Source: an uncultured Candidatus Binatia bacterium (GTDB lineage: Bacteria > Desulfobacterota > Binatia > Bin18). Taken from it: a stretch of DNA of 64,000 bases. The notes under the pieces were generated by a model that made no database searches, had not been told where the DNA came from, and saw only the letters and a program-made list of their open reading frames with translations. The position numbers were made by a program, and so were the translations under genes. Position 1 is the first letter of the stretch, and every line of letters starts with the position of its first letter. Below are positions 27,887-37,338 of the stretch, piece after piece. The stretch lies in assembly GCA_965214605.1 (NCBI GenBank), contig OZ243961.1, forward strand, positions 2,831,008-2,895,007, written 5' to 3'.

Positions 27887-29296
27887 ATGCAAGACCTGTG
27901 CTTTTTGTCGATAGCAGAGCTAGCGCACCAGATCCAACGCCGTGAACTTTCTCCGCTTGAGGTCACCCGGGCCTATCTAGATCGGATTCAGGCCATTGAC
28001 GAACAGTTGAACAGCTATATCAGCCTCACCGCAGAGCGTGCTCTGGAGGAAGCGAGAGCTGCCGAAGTGGCAATACAGGCTGGAACCTACCGTGGTCCGC
28101 TGCACGGTGTTCCTCTCGCCCACAAAGACATTGTGGCTACCAAGGGGATCAAAACGACCTGTGGCTCGCAGGTTCTTAAAGACGCGCTGCCCGACTACGA
28201 CGGAGCGGTAATTGAGCGCTTGCAGGCCGCCGGCTCCGTACTCCTCGGTAAACTGAATATGAACGAATTTGCGACGATTATCCCCAGCCCGTATTTCGGC
28301 CCGGTGAATAATCCGTGGAACCCCGAGCACAGTCCCGGCGGGTCAAGTAGCGGTTCGGGAGCCGCGGTCGCGGCGGGCCTGTGTGCCGGGTCGTTGGGTA
28401 CGGATACCGGTGGCTCAATCCGTATTCCAGCCGCCTTTTGTGGAACGGTCGGCCTTAAAGCCAGTCACGGGCGGATCAGCCTGTACGGCGTGACGCCGTT
28501 GGCTTGGTCACTTGACCACATTGGACCGCTGACCAGAACCGTGAAGGATGCCGCGCTCATGCTGCAAGCCTTGGCCGGCTACGATAGGCGAGATTTCGTC
28601 TCAAGCCGGACGCCTGTTGTCGATTACACGGCAAAACTGAATGGGGAGATCAAAGGCATGCGCCTTGGGGTGCCGACGCGCTTTTTTCCCGACTATACCG
28701 ACCCTGAGGTCCAGGGGGCTTTTGAGCGAGCCGTCCGGGTGATGACAGATCTTGGGGCCCAGGTCGAAGAGGTCGAGCTGCCTGAGCTTGACCGGGTATG
28801 GCCCGACATTGCCGAGGTATTGCTGAACGCGGAGGCCAATGTGTGGCATGAACCCTATCTGCAAACTCAGGCCGACGATTATGGCCCTAAAGTCCGCCGT
28901 TTTCTCGAACGGGGCAAACCGACGCTGGCCACCGACTACGTCAAAGCCCAGCACGCCCAAGTCCGATTTCGCCAGGATATGCAGACCCGTTTTGGCCGGC
29001 TTGATGCGGTCTTAACCCCAGGTGAGCTAATTCCTCCTCCACGCCATGACGCTCGTTCGGCGACACTCAACGGCCGAGAGGTCAAGCTCATGTCGGCCCT
29101 AATCTCTGCCACCTGTCCGTTTAACGTGACAGGCCAGCCGGCTTTGAATGTGCCGTGCGGTTTTACCCGCAGTGGACTGCCGATTGCGCTTCAGATTGTC
29201 GGCAAAGCGTTTGATGAGGCGACTGTGTTGCAGATTGGACACGCCTATGAAGTCCACACCGACTGGCATACGCGACGGCCGCCGTTGGAGGGCTGA
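27887..29296 (+). CDS. Amidase (amidase-signature family)
   Basis: AS signature GGSSSGSGAAVAAGLCAGSLGTDTGGSIRIPAAFCG with the Ser-cisSer-Lys triad context. AGGAGG Shine-Dalgarno before the ATG at 27887. Confidence 0.85.
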   Translation: MQDLCFLSIAELAHQIQRRELSPLEVTRAYLDRIQAIDEQLNSYISLTAERALEEARAAEVAIQAGTYRGPLHGVPLAHKDIVATKGIKTTCGSQVLKDALPDYDGAVIERLQAAGSVLLGKLNMNEFATIIPSPYFGPVNNPWNPEHSPGGSSSGSGAAVAAGLCAGSLGTDTGGSIRIPAAFCGTVGLKASHGRISLYGVTPLAWSLDHIGPLTRTVKDAALMLQALAGYDRRDFVSSRTPVVDYTAKLNGEIKGMRLGVPTRFFPDYTDPEVQGAFERAVRVMTDLGAQVEEVELPELDRVWPDIAEVLLNAEANVWHEPYLQTQADDYGPKVRRFLERGKPTLATDYVKAQHAQVRFRQDMQTRFGRLDAVLTPGELIPPPRHDARSATLNGREVKLMSALISATCPFNVTGQPALNVPCGFTRSGLPIALQIVGKAFDEATVLQIGHAYEVHTDWHTRRPPLEG

Positions 29297-29671
29297 GTGT
29301 AAAATGACGGGAAATAAAGATTGACATGGGAAAGTCTCTACATGCCTAAGCCCTCGTGTCTGTGAGCTGAAGGCCCTGTTTTTGCCTGGGATTTGGGTGG
29401 GCCTGGGCAATCCAACACTCGGCCTTAAGTGACAGGGCAGCCCTGAGGAGCACGCCCGCTCCCCAAGACCGAACTCGGCCTTGCCTCTGATATGACCTCT
29501 GTCCTGACCCTCGGATACCCGAGACACCGCGGTGAAGAATGCTGCCAGGGGCGCTTCCCCTGACGGGCTTCCCTCCCTAGAGGCGGATCTGCGTGATTAT
29601 GCCCTTGGAGGAGAGCCGTGCCAGAGCCCGCTCTGCTCTCATCTCCCTCTTGAAGGAGTATTCCCAATAGC

Positions 29672-30487
29672 TCAGAGTGTCTCTGAAGCGAGCCTCTCCC
29701 GGGCTTCTTTGACCATTGCTACCAGCACCTTACGCGCCTCCTGACTGCTGCGAACCTCGTGCGGGAAGGCTAACCGCAGCCCACGGAGCCGTTCTCTGGT
29801 ACGCACCCGTAGGCGAAACCCTAGACGATCGATCCCTATCATTTCGGCGGCATCGGCTTCTATGTCGCGGTACGCCCGACAGTACAGTCGCAACGCATCG
29901 GCGTGGTCTGCGTTCATATGCGCAATGATCCCGGCCGCCACCTCGGCCAAGGGGTCCCGCTCGGCCGCTCTGTAATCGGCGGTCGCTACCCAGCTCATTG
30001 CCCCAAAGCCTCCGACGTAATACACGTCGGTCACGTCTAGGCGATAGAAACCAAAATCGTCGAAATCGACCCACGACCGCGCGTTTTCATGACGCGCCAG
30101 ATAACCCGTCCTGCTCCTCTTGAGGTCCGCCTCGGGCAGAGCTGTGACATTCCCCATCAGCGTTGCGCGTGCCCCGGCCAGCGGGTCGCCGCTCCAGCCG
30201 GGCTGGGTGACCAAAAGGCTGGTGCGTGGATCGGCCATGAGGTTTTGGGTATGCATCGCCATCATGCTAATCAGAAACACCGGCCGTCCGTGGTCATCAA
30301 GCGCATACGGCATAAGCGAACCAAATGGCCAGCCCGGATGTCTCCGGGACAGCGTGGAGAGGGTACCGGTTCGGGCCAGATGCAGCAGGGTGCGCGCCTG
30401 TTCGGCAAAAGACGGTTCGGGCACGCTCGGAGTTGATGCGTCTGTCCGGGCGTGTTGACTCCCGATTTGGTTGGATGCTTGCGGCAT
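29672..30487 (-). CDS. Pyridoxamine-5'-phosphate-oxidase-like split-barrel protein with DUF2470-like C-terminal domain (HugZ-like)
   Basis: Split-barrel FMN-binding-fold hallmarks (TLSTLSRRHPGWPFGSLMPYALD, PVFLISMMAMHTQNL) plus a C-terminal helical domain, as in the HugZ/DUF2470 family. Confidence 0.55.
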   Translation of the reverse strand: MPQASNQIGSQHARTDASTPSVPEPSFAEQARTLLHLARTGTLSTLSRRHPGWPFGSLMPYALDDHGRPVFLISMMAMHTQNLMADPRTSLLVTQPGWSGDPLAGARATLMGNVTALPEADLKRSRTGYLARHENARSWVDFDDFGFYRLDVTDVYYVGGFGAMSWVATADYRAAERDPLAEVAAGIIAHMNADHADALRLYCRAYRDIEADAAEMIGIDRLGFRLRVRTRERLRGLRLAFPHEVRSSQEARKVLVAMVKEARERLASETL

Positions 30488-30539
30488 AGAGATCTCCTCC
30501 GGAAAGTGTGGACAGCCTCATCACCAAGGCAGGCCGACC

Positions 30540-32138
30540 TCAAGGCCATTTCACCTCGGCGTCCCTCACATATTGCCGGACCCACGCCAGGGCTGCCTCA
30601 CGGCTCGACACCTGGCCGTCTAGCTGCGCGTCTTCGACCGCGGTCAGAATGTCTTTGAAGCGTGGTCCGGGCCGCAGGCCAAGGTCGATGAGATCACGGC
30701 CATTCAGGAGACGAGGCGGAGCGATGTGGAGCGGCCCAAGGGCCGCTCGCTGTTGATGGCAGAACTCGTATGGACGTAGGTCGCCGCTTGAGGCTAGGGC
30801 GTCCATACGAGCGAGCTCTAATAATTCTTCGATTCCTTCTTCGCGGAGAAATCGCTTGAGTTTGGCCTGGCGCATATCCGGGGCGTCGAGTAAACGCAGA
30901 TGGTTCTTGACCAGATAGGCTACCCGTTGCCATACCGCGCGCGAACGTCTCAACCGTTGACAGATGGCGACGGCCCGCTCTGCTCCCTGTTCGCAGTGAC
31001 CATAAAATGTAATGCGCTCTCCCTGCTGGTTCCGACATTGAGGCTTGGCCACGTCGTGCAGCAGAACGCCTAGCGCCAAGGTTTCACTCGGCCGATCATC
31101 CCCTCCCCGCTTATCTAGCTCGGCCAGCACCAGCAGGGTGTGGGTGAAAACATCCCCTTCGGGATGAAAATCCGGCGATTGCTCGACGCCGCGCAGCATC
31201 TCAATTTCGGGCAGGATGGCGGCTAACAGGCCGGACTCAGACAAGAGCTGAAACCCACGGTGGGCTCCACCCCGGGTGAGAATCTTGACGATCTCATCAC
31301 CGATACGTTCCCAGGCGATAGTGCTGAGCGTTGGCGCTAGGGCTCGGATGGCGGCGAAGGTCTCGGGAGCAATAGAAAATCCTAGCTGACCGGCAAACCG
31401 AACGGCGCGAATCATGCGCAACCGATCCTCACCCAAACGGGCGAACGGATTGCCAATAGCCCGGATCACCCCCTTGGCAAGGTCTTGTTGGCCGCCGACA
31501 TAATCAATGACCCGCTCCGTAGCGATATCGTAGAACATGCCGTTGATCGTAAAGTCACGCCTCAGCGCATCTTCCCGCGCATCGCCAAATCGGACACTGG
31601 TCGGGTGGCGTCCGTCAAGGTAGCTGCCGTCGGCGCGAAAGGTCGCCACCTCACACCGGATATCTTCGACCAAGGTGGACGACGAGCCCTGCTGCCTCTT
31701 CCGGTGGGCCGCCGCGTTCCTCTCTGAGACGAGCACGACCCCGAACTGCGCCCCAATTGGGACGGCGTGTGGAAAAAGACGCAGGACCTGAGCGGCTTGA
31801 GCGCTGGTTGCCACATCAAAATCCTTGGCCTCCAGCCCCAGCAGTCGATCACGAACGCAGCCCCCGACCAGGTAGGCGCTGAAACCGTACGCGTGCAGGA
31901 TCTCAATAATCGTTCGGGCGTGACGTTCTTCTGGGCTCACCCAGGTATGGTGACATGGGGAAGAAGCGCGATCAACACACGAACAGACTTGTGAGGCACG
32001 GCCCGGATAGCTAGAGTTTCTAAGAGAGAAAATCGAGTGAGCGGATGTGGCGGGCCGGTGGAGGGGCGCCAGACACCGAGGATCGTGGGCTAGTGAAATT
32101 GACGGCAAAACAGATCTGTACAGCAACACGTGGGACAC
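30540..32138 (-). CDS. cca: CCA tRNA nucleotidyltransferase / poly(A) polymerase family enzyme with HD domain
   Basis: Pol-beta nucleotidyltransferase motif (YLVGGCVRDRLLGLEAKDFDVAT), RDFTINGMFYD, and a C-terminal HD domain (HTLLVL...LLHDVAKP). The true start is probably an internal GTG near 31940, because the first approximately 66 aa are non-conserved. Confidence 0.85.
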   Translation of the reverse strand: MSHVLLYRSVLPSISLAHDPRCLAPLHRPATSAHSIFSLRNSSYPGRASQVCSCVDRASSPCHHTWVSPEERHARTIIEILHAYGFSAYLVGGCVRDRLLGLEAKDFDVATSAQAAQVLRLFPHAVPIGAQFGVVLVSERNAAAHRKRQQGSSSTLVEDIRCEVATFRADGSYLDGRHPTSVRFGDAREDALRRDFTINGMFYDIATERVIDYVGGQQDLAKGVIRAIGNPFARLGEDRLRMIRAVRFAGQLGFSIAPETFAAIRALAPTLSTIAWERIGDEIVKILTRGGAHRGFQLLSESGLLAAILPEIEMLRGVEQSPDFHPEGDVFTHTLLVLAELDKRGGDDRPSETLALGVLLHDVAKPQCRNQQGERITFYGHCEQGAERAVAICQRLRRSRAVWQRVAYLVKNHLRLLDAPDMRQAKLKRFLREEGIEELLELARMDALASSGDLRPYEFCHQQRAALGPLHIAPPRLLNGRDLIDLGLRPGPRFKDILTAVEDAQLDGQVSSREAALAWVRQYVRDAEVKWP

Positions 32139-33487
32139 TGACCTCCGGGGGGGCGGATACGCTGTTTCGTTCGGTCACGATTGATTCCCGCACGGCCACC
32201 GAGGGAGCCTTATTCGTCCCCCTGCCCGGTACAAAGACCGATGGCCATGCCTATCTTGGAGCGGCTGTCCAGCGTGGAGCCGCAGGCTTCCTGTATGCCC
32301 GACACGCCGCGCCCTCACTCTTACCGGCAGGAGCGGTGAGCATTGGCGTATCAGATCCGTTAACCGCCCTCCAGGACCTCTCGGCCTGGCACCGCGCTAG
32401 ACTGCCCGCCAGAGTCATCGGCATTGCCGGCAGTAACGGCAAGACAACCACAAAAGAACTGCTGGCCCAGGTCTGTGGCGCCCACAGATCTAGCCTGGCC
32501 ACCCTGGGCAACCTGAACAATCAGATCGGTCTGCCGCTGACACTGCTTCGAGCCGATGGCGAAGAGGAACTCCTGATCCTGGAGATGGGCACCAGCGGCC
32601 CGGGTGAGCTGACTCTGCTCAGCCGCTTGGCCCGTCCGCATATTGGGGTCATCACCTCAATCGCTGAAGAGCATACTGAGATGCTGACCGATCTGTCCGG
32701 TGTGATCAAAGCCGAGACCGAGTTGATCGCCACTCTGCCCGACGACGGACTGGCGATCGTTCATGGCGATGACACCACCCTGGTGGAGGCGGTCCGGCGT
32801 CAGGCCGGGTGTCGAATTCTCACTTTTGGTGAAAAAAACACCAACATCTTTCGAGCCGCTGACATCCGGGTCTCTCGCCAGGGGACGCGGTTTGTGTTGC
32901 GGACACCGGCAGGGACCCGCCCGGTTCGCCTGAATCTGCTAGGCAGCCATTTTGCCTTAGCCGCGCTCGTTGCGATTGCCGTAGCCGCCGAGTGCGGCAT
33001 CGGCCTAGATGGGGTGTGCGAAACCCTGCGTACGGCGCACGGCGCGCCGCGTAGAATGGCGGTCATCGCCGTGCCCGAGCTTGGGCTGACGATTCTTGAC
33101 GACTCTTACAACGCCAACCCCGCCTCTATGCAACAGGCCCTGCTGACCGCCGGACAGGTACGAACCACGGGCGAACGGCTACTCCTCGTGCTGGGCGATA
33201 TGCGAGAGCTCGGAGCGCTCAGCTCCGTCCGCCACCAAGAAATGGGGGCCGTGGTGGCGCGTCTCGATCCACACCCGGATCTGCTCATCACGGTTGGACA
33301 AGAAGCCCGGGCTCTTGCCGACCAAGCCCAGGCCAGAGGCGTGTCGGTCCGGACGTTTGCTGCATCGGACAAGGCGGCGCCTTTTATCCACGATACCGTT
33401 CAGCGCTATACTGGTCCGCAGCTCATATTAGTGAAAGGTTCACGTGGCGTGCAGCTAGAGATCGTGACCCGAGCGCTAACCGGGTAA
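32045..33487 (+). CDS. murF: UDP-N-acetylmuramoyl-tripeptide--D-alanyl-D-alanine ligase
   Basis: Mur ligase P-loop (IGIAGSNGKTTTKEL), MurF N-terminal region (GALFVPLPGTKTDGHAY) and C-terminal domain. Not in a dcw cluster in this window. Confidence 0.85.
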   Translation: MWRAGGGAPDTEDRGLVKLTAKQICTATRGTLTSGGADTLFRSVTIDSRTATEGALFVPLPGTKTDGHAYLGAAVQRGAAGFLYARHAAPSLLPAGAVSIGVSDPLTALQDLSAWHRARLPARVIGIAGSNGKTTTKELLAQVCGAHRSSLATLGNLNNQIGLPLTLLRADGEEELLILEMGTSGPGELTLLSRLARPHIGVITSIAEEHTEMLTDLSGVIKAETELIATLPDDGLAIVHGDDTTLVEAVRRQAGCRILTFGEKNTNIFRAADIRVSRQGTRFVLRTPAGTRPVRLNLLGSHFALAALVAIAVAAECGIGLDGVCETLRTAHGAPRRMAVIAVPELGLTILDDSYNANPASMQQALLTAGQVRTTGERLLLVLGDMRELGALSSVRHQEMGAVVARLDPHPDLLITVGQEARALADQAQARGVSVRTFAASDKAAPFIHDTVQRYTGPQLILVKGSRGVQLEIVTRALTG

Positions 33488-33521
33488 GACGTTGACGCTG
33501 ACGGCCAAGTTTGCGTAGAGT

Positions 33522-34766
33522 TTGGCTATGATATCTGTACACAAAGCAGTCACCCAGATTCTTGAGACCGTTGCCCCACTGGCCGGGGAGCGGGTCAGCC
33601 TGCTTGAGGCCAGCGGGCGGGTCTTGGCCGAGGCTATCCCTGCTGGGCGCGAGGTGCCCCCTTTCAATAATTCGGCAATGGACGGCTATGCTGTGCGTTG
33701 GCAAGATATCCGTGAGGCCGATAGTGACAGGCCTGCCGAGCTGACCATTCTTGAGGTCATCCAAGCCGGCGTCGTCCCAAACAAGACGGTCACGCCCGGC
33801 ACGGCCAGCAAGATCATGACCGGCGCGGTGATGCCGCCTGGGGCAGATACCGTTATTCGGGTCGAGGATACGCAGGAGCGTAACGGGCGGGTGCTGATCC
33901 AGAGGACACACGCATCGGGTGCGAACGTCCGGGCCAAGGGCGAGGACATCCACCCGGGCCAAATGATTTTAGAAAAAGGGCGGGTCCTGCGGCCGGCCGA
34001 TATTGGCCTGTTGGCTTCGGTCGGGCGCAGTTTTGTGCTTGTACACCAACGTCCCCGGGTCGCCATTCTCAGCACCGGCAATGAGTTGGTCGAGGTCGAT
34101 AGCACGCTACAGCCGGGCCAGATCGTCAATTCCAACGCCTATACCCTTGTGGCCGCGGTCCAGGACGCTGGCGGGGTGCCGATCCCGCTCGAAATTGCCC
34201 GGGACTCGCTAGACGAGACCCGGGGGGCGCTCAATGAAGCCGTCCGGCACGATGTTGTGCTGTCCACCGGCGGCGTGTCCGTCGGCGATTTTGACTTTGT
34301 CAAAGCCGCTATGGACGAATTGGGAATAAACCGTCTGTTCTGGCAGGTCGCCCAGCGGCCGGGCAAACCGTTGACCTTTGGCCTGCTCAAAGAGCGGCTC
34401 TATTTCGGTCTGCCGGGTAATCCGGTTTCAGCCCTGGTGTGTTTCTATCTGTACGTCTGCCCCAGCCTACGGCGGATGCTGGGACACACCAAGCTGTTCC
34501 CACCCGTTGTGTCGGCCACCATGAGTGAAGATATCTCCATCGCCAAGAACCTGACTGAATTCGTACGCTGCCAGCTCAGCCAGCACAACGGTCACTATAT
34601 GGTCCGTTCGACCGGCACCCAAAGCTCCGGCGTGCTGAGTTCTCTGTCGCTTGGACATGGGCTGATCATTGGGCCCCGTGAACAGACGCTTTTAGCCAAG
34701 GGAATGGAAGTCAGAGTGATAGTTCTGGATGGGGATGAGTTTGCGGGAGAAGAGGCGCCGTTCTGA
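33522..34766 (+). CDS. moeA: Molybdopterin molybdotransferase MoeA
   Basis: MoeA N-terminal domain (FNNSAMDGYAV), MoCF_biosynth domain (GGVSVGDFDFV) and the C-terminal beta-barrel domain. Confidence 0.9.
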   Translation: MAMISVHKAVTQILETVAPLAGERVSLLEASGRVLAEAIPAGREVPPFNNSAMDGYAVRWQDIREADSDRPAELTILEVIQAGVVPNKTVTPGTASKIMTGAVMPPGADTVIRVEDTQERNGRVLIQRTHASGANVRAKGEDIHPGQMILEKGRVLRPADIGLLASVGRSFVLVHQRPRVAILSTGNELVEVDSTLQPGQIVNSNAYTLVAAVQDAGGVPIPLEIARDSLDETRGALNEAVRHDVVLSTGGVSVGDFDFVKAAMDELGINRLFWQVAQRPGKPLTFGLLKERLYFGLPGNPVSALVCFYLYVCPSLRRMLGHTKLFPPVVSATMSEDISIAKNLTEFVRCQLSQHNGHYMVRSTGTQSSGVLSSLSLGHGLIIGPREQTLLAKGMEVRVIVLDGDEFAGEEAPF

Positions 34767-36281
34767 GTGAATGAGGAAGTCGTGTCCGCCGAGACTGTTG
34801 CCCGCCATCGCACGGCTCTGAATCGGACCGGATTATCGCGGCCGATTCGGCTCACTCTTGAGAATGAACTCATTGACGCTGAGACCTCAGTCTTTGACTA
34901 CGGCTGCGGTCGAGGAGACGACTTGCGGGCTCTGCACAGGCGCGGCGTGCGGTGTTGGGGCTGGGACCCGACGTATTCGCCCGACACGGAACGCCGTCAG
35001 GCGGATGTTGTCAATCTGGGATACGTCATCAATGTCATAGAAAACCCCGAGGAGCGGGCGACTGCGTTACGGAATGCGTGGGCCTTGACCCAGAAACTGC
35101 TCGTGGTTGCCGCCCGTCTCAGCCTTGAGAGCCCACGCCCTAGTCAGCGCTATCAGGACGGTTTTCTCACCCAACTCGGAACGTTCCAAAAATATTACGA
35201 GCAGCAAGAGTTACGAGAATGGATCGATAGTATCCTCGACGTTTCAAGCGTCGCCGTGGCGCCAGGCATCTTCTATGTCTTCCGCGACCCAGATTCACGG
35301 CAGTCATTTGTCGCGGCGCGGTATCGCCGCTCCTCCGCCGCGCCGCGCCTGCGTCAGAGTGATCTCCTGTTTGAGCGGCATAAGGATCTTTTGGAGCCGC
35401 TAATGGCTTTTCTCAGCAGTCGGGGTCGCCTGCCTGGCGATACTGAGATTGCTGAAATTGCGACTATTTGCCATGAGATTGGCAGTCTCAAGCAGGCCTA
35501 TGGAATCATCCGGCGTGTGACAGGCGAGGAGGCGTGGCGTCGCATTGAACAAGAACGCGCTCAGGATTTGCTCATCTATCTGGCCTTGAGTCGCTTTGAC
35601 GGGCGTCCCCGTTTTTCTCAGCTGTCTCGCGACCTCCAGCTTGATGTCAAGGCATTTTTCTCGACTTACACCCGAGCGTGTAAGGAGGCCGATAGCCTCC
35701 TCTTTTCGGCCGGGGATAGGGCTGCGGTAGACAAAGCCTGCCGCGCTGCCGCTGTCGGCAAACTGACTCCAACCGCTCTGTACGTCCATATTTCGGCTCT
35801 GTCCCAACTCCCCGCCCTCTTACGGGTCTACGAAGGCTGCGCCCGAGCCTACATCGGGGCTGTTGAAGAAGCCACCATCATTAAACTCCACCGAGAGCTG
35901 CCACAGATCTCCTACCTGTCTTACCCGGAATTCGACCACGATCCGCATCCGGCCCTCGCCGCATCGCTCCTTGTCCCGCTCCAAACGTTTCGGGTTCAGC
36001 GCCGGGACTACACTAGCTCGAACAACCCGCCAATCTTGCACCGCAAAGAGACCTTTCTCCCCCAAGCCCATCCGCTGTATCCAAAATTCTCCCGCCTCAC
36101 CCGCCAAGAGGAGAGATGGGGCCTATACGAAAAATCGACGCGCATCGGAACGCAGCAAGGCTGGGAAAAGACACTCGCCGAGCGGGGGGTCAAACTGGCC
36201 GGGCACCGACTTATACGGACGTCTCCTAAGGAGAACAAAACAGGGACAGGGCTGTCTGAGCCTGCGGTCAAAACCGAATGA
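34767..36281 (+). CDS. SAM-dependent-methyltransferase-like protein of the dnd-associated putative methyltransferase type (orphan)
   Basis: 504 aa. N-terminal class-I MTase motif I (VFDYGCGRGDD), a post-I acidic residue, motif II/III (ADVVNLGYVINVIE), then about 330 aa of unique helical sequence. GTG start immediately after the moeA stop. The family assignment is from memory of TIGR04096-like proteins and is not verified. Confidence 0.45.
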   Translation: MNEEVVSAETVARHRTALNRTGLSRPIRLTLENELIDAETSVFDYGCGRGDDLRALHRRGVRCWGWDPTYSPDTERRQADVVNLGYVINVIENPEERATALRNAWALTQKLLVVAARLSLESPRPSQRYQDGFLTQLGTFQKYYEQQELREWIDSILDVSSVAVAPGIFYVFRDPDSRQSFVAARYRRSSAAPRLRQSDLLFERHKDLLEPLMAFLSSRGRLPGDTEIAEIATICHEIGSLKQAYGIIRRVTGEEAWRRIEQERAQDLLIYLALSRFDGRPRFSQLSRDLQLDVKAFFSTYTRACKEADSLLFSAGDRAAVDKACRAAAVGKLTPTALYVHISALSQLPALLRVYEGCARAYIGAVEEATIIKLHRELPQISYLSYPEFDHDPHPALAASLLVPLQTFRVQRRDYTSSNNPPILHRKETFLPQAHPLYPKFSRLTRQEERWGLYEKSTRIGTQQGWEKTLAERGVKLAGHRLIRTSPKENKTGTGLSEPAVKTE

Positions 36282-36751
36282 GAGCCAGAAGTCGAACAGA
36301 GAAAAAGCGTTTTTTGTCTTGACATCTCCCAAAAGAGCTTATGGGGCGGACGCGACGAGTTTGCTGGATAGGCTGCTCCTGAGTAACCATTATGTAAACG
36401 GGGAGAGAATCGGTCGCCGGCGGCGAAGCGGTTTTTTCGGCTTCCTTACTTGACTTGAAGGAGACGAGCCCGGAGAGTAGACCTTGCTGTGATTGATCGT
36501 ATTTGGCTCGGGTGCCGGAGGTGCCTCCGATGAGGAGAGCTTTATGTGGCAGATGAGCCGCTGAGACAACTCACTCGTGAGGGTTCCCCACCCGGCTGTC
36601 CGCACGTTCAGGTCTCCAGAGGTGAGGTTCCTGGCAGACGGTCAGCTCTGGCAGCCAAGAAGAGGCGCCTCTCTCTCCGCTCCTGTTTCCTCACCTTGAT
36701 TCGGTAAACCTTTTTCGGATAATTAAGGAGGAGAGGAAGGCGGGAGGCGCC

Positions 36752-37018
36752 ATGTTGAATGCAAAGAAGCGCTTATTTCTGCGGCTAGGAGACAACGTTA
36801 TCCACGCCCATTATGAGCAGTGGGGGCTGGGCGCTGTTGTAGAAGAGATGACGTCGAACGTCGTTGGCGGTACATGTTTGGTGCGCATTCTGTTTGAAGA
36901 CGGCCAGCAACGGACCTTTAACAACGACCTCGATAATGAGCAGTGTTGTTACTACTTTGGCATGCGGCGGGAGCAACATCAGCTGTTTGACGCCACTCCC
37001 CGACGGTCTGCCCGCTGA
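36752..37018 (+). CDS. Small DUF3553-like protein (88 aa)
   Basis: GDNVIHAHYEQWGLGAVVEE...VRILFEDGQQRTF matches the GDxVxHxxxGxGxV...VxFxxxG pattern of DUF3553/UvrD-C-like small proteins. GGGAGG Shine-Dalgarno 4 nt before the ATG. Confidence 0.45.
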   Translation: MLNAKKRLFLRLGDNVIHAHYEQWGLGAVVEEMTSNVVGGTCLVRILFEDGQQRTFNNDLDNEQCCYYFGMRREQHQLFDATPRRSAR

Positions 37019-37046
37019 ACACTGCCCAGAGCTGGTCGCGGGCCGC

Positions 37047-37256
37047 TTACGACTCAGACTGCTGCGATTCCCGCGTATCTAAGGGCTCCCCTTTGGGGCC
37101 CGTCGGCTGAATATTGCGCTTCTCAAGCGTCTGTAGTGTGTGGGGATTCACCCAGGGAAGGCCCATGGCGCAGGGCTTGGCCATGCCCTCTTCCTCGACT
37201 TCCTCATAGTGCGGGAAGCCAACTTTAACAAAGTTGATCATCAGACGTTTTCCCAT
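37047..37256 (-). CDS. Hypothetical 69-aa protein divergent from ileS
   Basis: Strong AAGGAG Shine-Dalgarno 9 nt upstream of the ATG (minus strand). No family recognised. Confidence 0.3.
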   Translation of the reverse strand: MGKRLMINFVKVGFPHYEEVEEEGMAKPCAMGLPWVNPHTLQTLEKRNIQPTGPKGEPLDTRESQQSES

Positions 37257-37273
37257 ACCGTCTGGCTCCTTAT

Positions 37274-37302
37274 TTGCCCATTCTGAGTCTATAGTCTATA
37301 CA
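37274..37302 (+). promoter_or_regulatory. Candidate sigma70-type promoter for ileS-lspA
   Basis: TTGCCC (37274-37279), a 17-nt spacer, then TATACA (37297-37302), about 37 nt upstream of the ileS ATG. Confidence 0.3.
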
Positions 37303-37338
37303 ATACGGTTACCCTGTGGAAAGGCAAGAGACACCACG

